Shown one piece after another: positions 53,201 through 64,000 of a DNA stretch of 64,000 bases (positions are counted from its first letter, which is position 1; each line of letters starts with the position of its first letter). The stretch comes from Auanema rhodensis. Taxonomy: Eukaryota; Animalia; Nematoda. Made by a program: the position numbers and the translations under genes. Below the pieces are notes generated by a model. The model had not been told where the DNA came from. It saw nothing but the letters and a program-made list of their open reading frames with translations, and searched no databases. The DNA lies in assembly GCA_964057225.1 (NCBI GenBank), contig OZ059896.1:6696001-6760000 (forward strand), written 5' to 3'.

Positions 53201-56200
53201 TTTTCCGGAAACAGGAGAACTCGGAGCAAAATCTCACTAATTTTTTCAGATTCTACACATCTGAATACCCAACCTTAGACTATTTTAGTTTTATTTTAGT
53301 TGATGATCTTTGAGTAATTCGAACATTCACCGGGCACAACGTGACTACAGCCTGAACTTTTTTGTGAACAAATCTTGTGGATGGTGTCGATATAAACCTT
53401 TTTTCCGGAAACAGGAGAACTCGGAGCAAAATCTCACTAATTTTTTCAGATTCTACACATCTGAATACCCAACCTTAGACTATTTTAGTTTTATTTTAGT
53501 TGATGATCTTTGAGTAAATCGCAGATTCAACGGGCACAACGTGCCTACAGCCTGAACTTTTTTGTGAACAAATCCTGTGGATGGTGTCGATATAAACCTT
53601 TTTTCCGGAAACAGGAGAACTCGGAGCAAAATCTCACTAATTTTTTCAGATTCTACACATCTGAATACCCAACCTTAGACTATTTTAGTTTTATTTTAGT
53701 TGATGATCTTTGAGTAAATCGCAGATTCAACGGGCACAACGTGCCTACCGCCTGAACTTTTTTGTGAACAAATCTTGTGGATGGTGTCGATATAAACCTT
53801 TTTTCCGGAAACAGGAGAACTCGGAGCAAAATCTCACTAATTTTTTCAGATTCTACACATCTGAATACCCAACCTTAGACTATTTTAGTTTTATTTTAGT
53901 TGATGATCTTTGAGTAAATCGCAGATTCAACGGGCACAACGTGCCTACAGCCTGAACTTTTTTGTGAACAAATCCTGTGGATGGTGTCGATATAAACCTT
54001 TTTTCCGGAAACAGGAGAACTCGGAGCAAAATCTCACTAATTTTTTCAGATTCTACACATCTGAATACCCAACCTTAGACTATTTTAGTTTTATTTTAGT
54101 TGATGATCTTTGAGTAATTCGAACATTCACCGGGCACAACGTGACTACAGCCTGAACTTTTTTGTGAACAAATCTTGTGGATGGTGTCGATATAAACCTT
54201 TTTTCCGGAAAGAGGAGAACTCGGAGCAAAATCTCACTAATTTTTTCAGATTCTACACATCTGAATACCCAACCTTAGACTATTTTAGTTTTATTTTAGT
54301 TGATGATCTTTGAGTAAATCGCAGATTCAACGGGCACAACGTGCCTACAGCCTGAACTTTTTTGTGAACAAATCCTGTGGATGGTGTCGATATAAACCTT
54401 TTTTCCGGAAACAGGAGAACTCGGAGCAAAATCTCACTAATTTTTTCAGATTCTACACATCTGAATACCCAACCTTAGACTATTTTAGTTTTATTTTAGT
54501 TGATGATCTTTGAGTAATTCGAACATTCACCGGGCACAACGTGCCTACAGCCTGAACTTTTTTGTGAACAAATCTTGTGGATGGTGTCGATATAAACCTT
54601 TTTTCCGGAAACAGGAGAACTCGGAGGAAAATCTCACTAATTTTTTCAGATTCTACACATCTGAATACCCAACCTTAGACTATTTTAGTTTTATTTTAGT
54701 TGATGATCTTTGAGTAATTCGAACATTCACCGTTCGCAACGTGCCTACAGCCTGAACTTTTTTGTGAACAAATCCTGTGGATGGTGTCGATATAAACCTT
54801 TTTTCCGGAAACAGGAGAAGTCCGAGCAAAATCTTACTAATTTTTTCAGATTCTACACATCTGAATACCCAACCTTAGACTATTTTAGTTTTATTTTAGT
54901 TGATGATCTTTGAGTAATTCGAACATTCACCGGGCACAACGTGCCTACAGCCTGAACTTTTTTGTGAACAAATCTTGTGGATGGTGTCGATATAAACCTT
55001 TTTTCCGGAAACAGGAGAACTCGGAGCAAAATCTCACTAATTTTTTCAGATTCTACACATCTGAATACCCAACCTTAGACTATTTTAGTTTTATTTTAGT
55101 TGATGATCTTTGAGTAATTCGAACATTCACCGGGCACAACGTACCTACAGCCTGAACTTTTTTGTGAACAAATCTTGTGGATGGTGTCGATATAAACCTT
55201 TTTTCCGGAAATAGGAAAACTCCGAGCGAAATCTTACTAAGATTTTCAGATTCTACCAATCTGAATACCCAACCTCAGACTATTTTAGTTTTATTTTAGT
55301 TGATGATCTTTGAGTAATTCGAACATTCACCGGGCACAACGTGCCTACAGCCTGAACTTTTTTGTGAACAAATCTTGTGGATGGTGTCGATATAAACCTT
55401 TTTTCCGGAAATAGGAAAACTCCGAGCGAAATCTTACTAAGATTTTCAGATTCTACACATCTGAATACCCAACCTTAGACTTTTTTTAGTTCTATTTCAG
55501 TTGATGATCTTTGAGTAATTCGAACATTCACCGGGCACAACGTACCTACAGCCTGAATTTTTTTGTGAACAAATACTGTGGATGGTGTCGATATAAACCT
55601 TTTTTCCGGAAATAGGAAAACTCCGAGCGAAATCTTACTAAGATTTTCAGATTCTACACATCTGAATACCCAACCTTAGACTTTTTTTAGTTCTATTTCA
55701 GTTGATGATCTTTGAGTAATTCGAACATTCACCGGGCACAACGTACCTACAGCCTGAACTTTTTTGTGAACAAATACTGTGGATGGTGTCGATATAAACC
55801 TTTTTTCCGGAAATAGGAAAACTCCGAGCGAAATCTTACTAAGATTTTCAGATTCTACACATCTGAATACCCAACCTTAGACTATTTTAGTTTTATTTTA
55901 GTTGATGATCTTTGAGTAATTCGAACATTCACCGGGCACAACGTACCTACAGCCTGAATTTTTTTGTGAACAAATACTGTGGATGGTGTCGATATAAACC
56001 TTTTTTCCGGAAATAGGAAAACTCCGAGCGAAATCTTACTAAGATTTTCAGATTCTACACATCTGAATACCCAACCTTAGACTTTTTTTAGTTCTATTTC
56101 AGTTGATGATCTTTGAGTAATTCGAACATTCACCGGGCACAACGTGCCTACAGCCTGAACTTTTTTGTGAACAAATACTGTGGATGTTGTCGATATAAAC

Positions 56201-59200
56201 CTTTTTTCCGGAGATAGGAAAACTCCGAGCGAAATCTTACTAAGATTTTCAGATTCTACACATCTGAATACCCAACCTTAGACTATTTTAGTTTTATTTT
56301 AGTTGATAATCTTTGAGTAATTCGAACATTCACCGGGCACAACGTGCCTACAGCCTGAACTTTTTTGTGAACAAATACTGTGGATGTTGTCGATATAAAC
56401 CTTTTTTCCGGAAATAGGAAAACTCCGAGCGAAATCTTACTAAGATTTTCAGATTCTACACATCTGAATACCCAACCTCAGACTATTTTAGTTTTATTTT
56501 AGTTGATGATCTTTGAGTAATTCGAACATTCACCGGGCACAACGTACCTACAGCCTGAACTTTTTTGTGAACAAATACTGTGGATGGTGTCGATATAAAC
56601 CTTTTTTCCGGAAATAGGAAAACTCCGAGCGAAATCTTACTAAGATTTTCAGATTCTACACATCTGAATACCCAACCTTAGACTATTTTAGTTTTATTTT
56701 AGTTGATGATCTTTGAGTAATTCGAACATTCACCGGGCACAACGTACCTACAGCCTGAATTTTTTTGTGAACAAATACTGTGGATGGTGTCGATATAAAC
56801 CTTTTTTCCGGAAATAGGAAAACTCCGAGCGAAATCTTACTAAGATTTTCAGATTCTACACATCTGAATACCCAACCTTAGACTATTTTAGTTTTATTTC
56901 AGTTGATGATCTTTGAGTAATTCGAACATTCACCGGGCACAACGTGCCTACAGCCTGAACTTTTTTGTGAACAAATACTGTGGATGTTGTCGATATAAAC
57001 CTTTTTTCCGGAGATAGGAAAACTCCGAGCTAAATCTTACTAAGATTTTCAGATTCTACACATCTGAATACCCAACCTTAGACTATTTTAGTTTTATTTT
57101 AGTTGATAATCTTTGAGTAATTCGAACATTCACCGGGCACAACGTGCCTACAGCCTGAACTTTTTTGTGAACAAATACTGTGGATGTTGTCGATATAAAC
57201 CTTTTTTCCGGAAATAGGAAAACTCCGAGCGAAATCTTACTAAGATTTTCAGATTCTACACATCTGAATACCCAACCTTAGACTATTTTAGTTTTATTTT
57301 AGTTGATGATCTTGGAGTAATTCGAACATTCACCGGGCACAACGTGCCTACAGCCTGAACTTTTTTGTGAACAAATACTGTGGATGGTGTCGATATAAAC
57401 CTTTTTTCCGGAAATAAGAAAACTCCGAGCGAAATCTTACTAAGATTTTCAGATTCTACACATCTGAATACCCAACCTTAGACTATTTTAGTTTTATTTT
57501 AGTTGATAATCTTTGAGTAATTCGAACATTCACCGGGCACAACGTGCCTACAGCCTGAACTTTTTTGTGAACAAATACTGTGGATGGTGTCGATATAAAC
57601 CTTTTTTCCGGAAATAGGAAAACTCCGAGCGAAATCTTACTAAGATTTTCAGATTCTACACATCTGAATACCCAACCTTAGACTATTTTAGTTTTATTTT
57701 AGTTGATGATCTTGGAGTAATTCGAACATTCAACGGGCACAACGTGCCTACAGCCTGAACTTTTTTGTGAACAAATACTGTGGATGGTGTCGATATAAAC
57801 CTTTTTTCCGGAAATAGGAAAACTCCGAGCGAAATCTTACTAAGATTTTCAGATTCTACACATCTGAATACCCAACCTTAGACTATTTTAGTTTTATTTT
57901 AGTTGATAATCTTTGAGTAATTCGAACATTCACCGGGCACAACGTGCCTACAGCCTGAACTTTTTTGTGAACAAATACTGTGGATGGTGTCGATATAAAC
58001 CTTTTTTCCGGAAATAGGAAAACTCCGAGCGAAATCTTACTAAGATTTTCAGATTCTACACATCTGAATACCCAACCTTAGACTATTTTAGTTTTATTTT
58101 AGTTGATGATCTTGGAGTAATTCGAACATTCACCGGGCACAACGTGCCTACAGCCTGAACTTTTTTGTGAACAAATACTGTGGATGGTGTCGATATAAAC
58201 CTTTTTTCCGGAAATAGGAAAACTCCGAGCGAAATCTTACTAAGATTTTCAGATTCTACACATCTGAATACCCAACCTTAGACTATTTTAGTTTTATTTT
58301 AGTTGATGATCTTGGAGTAATTCGAACATTCACCGGGCACAACGTGCCTACAGCCTGAACTTTTTTGTGAACAAATACTGTGGATGGTGTCGATATAAAC
58401 CTTTTTTCCGGAAATAGGAAAACTCCGAGCGAAATCTTACTAAGATTTTCAGATTCTACACATCTGAATACCCAACCTTAGACTATTTTAGTTTTATTTT
58501 AGTTGATGATCTTTGAGTAATTCGAACATTCACCGGGCACAACGTGCCTACAGCCTGAACTTTTTTGTGAACAAATCCTGTGGATGGTGTCGATATAAAC
58601 CTTTTTTCCGGAAACAGGAGAACTCGGAGCAAAATCTTACTAAGATTTTCAGATTCTACACATCTGAATACCCAACCTTAGACTATTTTAGTTTTATTTT
58701 AGTTGATGATCTTTGAGTAATTCGAACATTCACCGGGCACAACGTGCCTACAGCCTGAACTTTTTTGTGAACAAATCCTGTGGATGGTGTCGATATAAAC
58801 CTTTTTTCCGGAAACAGGAGAACTCGGAGCAAAATCTCACTAATTTTTTCAGATTCTACACATCTGAATACCCAACCTTAGACTATTTTAGTTTTATTTT
58901 AGTTGATGATCTTTGAGTAATTCGAACATTCACCGGGCACAACGTGCCTACAGCCTGAACTTTTTTGTGAACAAATCCTGTGGATGGTGTCGATATAAAC
59001 CTTTTTTCCGGAAATAGGAAAACTCCGAGCGAAATCTTACTAAGATTTTCAGATTCTACACATCTGAATACCCAACCTTAGACTATTTTAGTTTTATTTT
59101 AGTTGATGATCTTGGAGTAATTCGAACATTCACCGGGCACAACGTGCCTACAGCCTGAACTTTTTTGTGAACAAATACTGTGGATGGTGTCGATATAAAC

Positions 59201-62200
59201 CTTTTTTCCGGAAATAGAAAAACTCCGAGCGAAATCTTACTAAGATTTTCAGATTCTACACATCTGAATACCCAACCTTAGACTACTTTAGTTTTATTTT
59301 AGTTGATGATCTTTGAGTAATTCGAACATTCACCGGGCACAACGTGCCTACAGCCTGAACTTTTTTGTGAACAAATCCTGTGGATGGTGTCGATATAAAC
59401 CTTTTTTCCGGAAATAGGAAAACTCCGAGCGAAATCTTACTAAGATTTTCAGATTCTACACATCTGAATACCCAACCTTAGACTATTTTAGTTTTATTTT
59501 AGTTGATGATCTTGGAGTAATTCGAACATTCACCGGGCACAACGTGCCTACAGCCTGAACTTTTTTGTGAACAAATACTGTGGATGGTGTCGATATAAAC
59601 CTTTTTTCCGGAAATAGAAAAACTCCGAGCGAAATCTTACTAAGATTTTCAGATTCTACACATCTGAATACCCAACCTTAGACTATTTTAGTTTTATTTT
59701 AGTTGATGATCTTTGAGTAATTCGAACATTCACCGGGCACAACGTGCCTACAGCCTGAACTTTTTTGTGAACAAATCCTGTGGATGGTGTCGATATAAAC
59801 CTTTTTTCCGGAAACAGGAGAACTCGGAGCAAAATCTTACTAAGATTTTCAGATTCTACACATCTGAATACCCAACCTTAGACTATTTTAGTTTTATTTT
59901 AGTTGATGATCTTGGAGTAATTCGAACATTCACCGGGCACAACGTGCCTACAGCCTGAACTTTTTTGTGAACAAATCCTGTGGATGGTGTCGATATAAAC
60001 CTTTTTTCCGGAAATAGAAAAACTCCGAGCGAAATCTTACTAAGATTTTCAGATTCTACACATCTGAATACCCAACCTTAGACTATTTTAGTTTTATTTT
60101 AGTTGATGATCTTGGAGTAATTCGAACATTCACCGGGCACAACGTGCCTACAGCCTGAACTTTTTTGTGAACAAATACTGTGGATGGTGTCGATATAAAC
60201 CTTTTTTCCGGAAATAGAAAAACTCCGAGCGAAATCTTACTAAGATTTTCAGATTCTACACATCTGAATACCCAACCTTAGACTATTTTAGTTTTATTTT
60301 AGTTGATGATCTTTGAGTAATTCGAACATTCACCGGGCACAACGTGCCTACAGCCTGAACTTTTTTGTGAACAAATCCTGTGGATGGTGTCGATATAAAC
60401 CTTTTTTCCGGAAATAGGAAAACTCCGAGCGAAATCTTACTAAGATTTTCAGATTCTACACATCTGAATACCCAACCTTAGACTATTTTAGTTTTATTTT
60501 AGTTGATGATCTTTGAGTAATTCGAACATTCACCGGGCACAACGTGCCTACAGCCTGAATTTTTTTGTGAACAAATCCTGTGGATGGTGTCGATATAAAC
60601 CTTTTTTCCGGAAACAGGAGAAGTCCGAGCAAAATCTTACTAAGATTTTCAGATTCTACACATCTGAATACCCAACCTTAGACTATTTTAGTTTTATTTT
60701 AGTTGATGATCTTTGAGTAATTCGAACATTCACCGGGCACAACGTGCCTACAGCCTGAACTTTTTTGTGAACAAATCCTGTGGATGGTGTCGATATAAAC
60801 CTTTTTTCCGGAAACAGGAGAAGTCCGAGCAAAATCTTACTAAGATTTTCAGATTCTACACATCTGAATACCCAACCTTAGACTATTTTAGTTTTATTTT
60901 AGTTGATGATCTTTGAGTAATTCGAACATTCACCGGGCACAACGTGCCTACAGCCTGAACTTTTTTGTGAACAAATCCTGTGGATGGTGTCGATATAAAC
61001 CTTTTTTCCGGAAACAGGAGAAGTCCGAGCAAAATCTTACTAAGATTTTCAGATTCTACACATCTGAATACCCAACCTTAGACTATTTTAGTTTTATTTT
61101 AGTTGATGATCTTTGAGTAATTCGAACATTCACCGGGCACAACGTGCCTACAGCCTGAACTTTTTTGTGAACAAATCCTGTGGATGGTGTCGATATAAAC
61201 CTTTTTTCCGAAAATAGGAAAACTCCGAGCGAAATCTTACTAAGATTTTCAGATTCTACACATCTGAATACCCAACCTTAGACTATTTTAGTTCTATTTC
61301 AGTTGATGATCTTTGAGTAATTCGAACATTCACCGGGCACAACGTGCCTACAGCCTGAACTTTTTTGTGAACAAATACTGTGGATGGTGTCGATATAAAC
61401 CTTTTTTCCGGAAATAGAAAAACTCCGAGCGAAATCTTACTAAGATTTTCAGATTCTACACATCTGAATACCCAACCTTAGACTATTTTAGTTTTATTTT
61501 AGTTGATGATCTTTGAGTAATTCGAACATTCACCGGGCACAACGTGCCTACAGCCTGAACTTTTTTGTGAACAAATCCTGTGGATGGTGTCGATATAAAC
61601 CTTTTTTCCGGAAACAGGAGAACTCGGAGCAAAATCTCACTAATTTTTTCAGATTCTACACATCTGAATACCCAACCTTAGACTATTTTAGTTTTATTTT
61701 AGTTGATGATCTTTGAGTAATTCGAACATTCACCGGGCACAACGTGCCTACAGCCTGAACTTTTTTGTGAACAAATCCTGTGGATGGTGTCGATATAAAC
61801 CTTTTTTCCGGAAATAGGAAAACTCCGAGCGAAATCTTACTAAGATTTTCAGATTCTACACATCTGAATACCCAACCTTAGACTATTTTAGTTTTATTTT
61901 AGTTGATGATCTTTGAGTAATTCGAACATTCACCGGGCACAACGTGCCTACAGCCTGAATTTTTTTGTGAACAAATCCTGTGGATGGTGTCGATATAAAC
62001 CTTTTTTCCGGAAACAGGAGAAGTCCGAGCAAAATCTTACTAAGATTTTCAGATTCTACACATCTGAATACCCAACCTTAGACTATTTTAGTTTTATTTT
62101 AGTTGATGATCTTTGAGTAATTCGAACATTCACCGGGCACAACGTGCCTACAGCCTGAACTTTTTTGTGAACAAATCCTGTGGATGGTGTCGATATAAAC

Positions 62201-64000
62201 CTTTTTTCCGGAAACAGGAGAAGTCCGAGCAAAATCTTACTAAGATTTTCAGATTCTACACATCTGAATACCCAACCTTAGACTATTTTAGTTTTATTTT
62301 AGTTGATGATCTTTGAGTAATTCGAACATTCACCGGGCACAACGTGCCTACAGCCTGAACTTTTTTGTGAACAAATCCTGTGGATGGTGTCGATATAAAC
62401 CTTTTTTCCGGAAACAGGAGAAGTCCGAGCAAAATCTTACTAAGATTTTCAGATTCTACACATCTGAATACCCAACCTTAGACTATTTTAGTTTTATTTT
62501 AGTTGATGATCTTTGAGTAATTCGAACATTCACCGGGCACAACGTGCCTACAGCCTGAACTTTTTTGTGAACAAATCCTGTGGATGGTGTCGATATAAAC
62601 CTTTTTTCCGGAAATAGGAAAACTCCGAGCGAAATCTTACTAAGATTTTCAGATTCTACACATCTGAATACCCAACCTTAGACTATTTTAGTTTTATTTT
62701 AGTTGATGATCTTGGAGTAATTCGAACATTCACCGGGCACAACGTGCCTACAGCCTGAACTTTTTTGTGAACAAATCCTGTGGATGGTGTCGATATAAAC
62801 CTTTTTTCCGGAAATAGGAAAACTCCGAGCGAAATCTTACTAAGATTTTCCGATTCTACACATCTGAATACCCAACCTTAGACTATTTTAGTTTTATTTT
62901 AGTTGATGATCTTTGAGTAATTCGAACATTCACCGGGCACAACGTGCCTACAGCCTGAACTTTTTTGTGAACAAATCCTGTGGATGGTGTCGATATAAAC
63001 CTTTTTTCCGGAAACAGGAGAAGTCCGAGCAAAATCTTACTAAAATTTTCAGATTCTACACATCTGAATACCCAACCTTAGACTATTTTAGTTTTATTTT
63101 AGTTGATGATCTTTGAGTAATTCGAACATTCACCGGGCACAACGTGCCTACAGCCTGAACTTTTTTGTGAACAAATACTGTGGATGGTGCCGATATAAAC
63201 CTTTTTTCCGGAGATAGGAAAACTCCGAGCGAAATCTTACTAAGATTTTCAGATTCTACACATCTGAATACCCAACCTTAGACTATTTTAGTTTTATTTT
63301 AGTTGATGATCTTTGAGTAATTCGAACATTCACCGGGCACAACGTGCCTACAGCCTGAACTTTTTTGTGAACAAATACTGTGGATGGTGTCGATATAAAC
63401 CTTTTTTCCGGAAATAGGAAAACTCCGAGCGAAATCTTACTAAGATTTTCAGATTCTACACATCTGAATACCCAACCTTAGACTATTTTAGTTTTATTTT
63501 AGTTGATGATCTTTGAGTAATTCGAACATTCACCGGGCACAACGTGCCTACAGCCTGAACTTTTTTGTGAACAAATACTGTGGATGGTGTCGATATAAAC
63601 CTTTTTTCCGGAGATAGGAAAACTCCGAGCGAAATCTTACTAAGATTTTCAGATTCTACACATCTGAATACCCAACCTCAGACTATTTTAGTTTTATTTT
63701 AGTTGATGATCTTTGAGTAATTCGAACATTCACCGGGCACAACGTGCCTACAGCCTGAACTTTTTTGTGAACAAATCCTGTGGATGGTGTCGATATAAAC
63801 CTTTTTTCCGGAGATAGGAAAACTCCGAGCGAAATCTTACTAAGATTTTCAGATTCTACACATCTGAATACCCAACCTTAGACTATTTTAGTTTTATTTT
63901 AGTTGATGATCTTTGAGTAATTCGAACATTCACCGGGCACAACGTGCCTACAGCCTGAACTTTTTTGTGAACAAATACTGTGGATGGTGTCGATATAAAC
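35295..64000. repeat. 200-bp tandem satellite array, ~143 monomers, continuing past the window end
   Basis: Monomer gttgatgatctttgagtaattcgaacattcaccgggcacaacgtg(a/c)ctacagcctgaac...cagattctacacatctgaatacccaaccttagactattttagttttatttta repeats at 200-bp period (ORF starts every 200 bp) with rare 1-2 bp indels. Confidence 0.99.

Noticed and set aside
35312-63116. About 100 repeated 63-81 aa ORFs as a tandem gene family
   Set aside because: They start at TTG/GTG, follow the satellite period, are freely broken by stop variants (ggaaatag) and show no splice structure.
35295-64000. CRISPR array or tandem tRNA/5S/SL RNA gene array
   Set aside because: No unique spacers, eukaryotic context, and no cloverleaf, 5S or spliced-leader sequence recognised in the monomer.

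Overview
AT-rich eukaryotic genomic DNA with very short introns, probably from a rhabditid (clade V) nematode (inferred from a miR-232-family hairpin, a nematode-type 5S RNA and a Tc1-like terminal repeat). The first ~35 kb carry: a ~2.1-kb chimeric mobile-DNA insertion flanked by a ~155-bp direct duplication, containing a Maverick/Polinton cysteine protease remnant, fragments of an intron-containing trypsin-like protease gene (broken by an internal micro-inversion) and the 3' part of a Tc1 element; a multi-exon M1 aminopeptidase (minus) with a diverged 5S rRNA copy in one intron; an ENPP-like gene that has lost most metal ligands; a mir-232-family precursor; a small single-TM orphan gene; a UGT gene fragment; and a tRNA-His. 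From ~35.3 kb to the end is an uninterrupted 200-bp satellite array (~143 monomers) with higher-order repeats and subfamily blocks; the many 67-aa ORFs there are repeat artefacts. All exon models were read by eye and no database searches were run.
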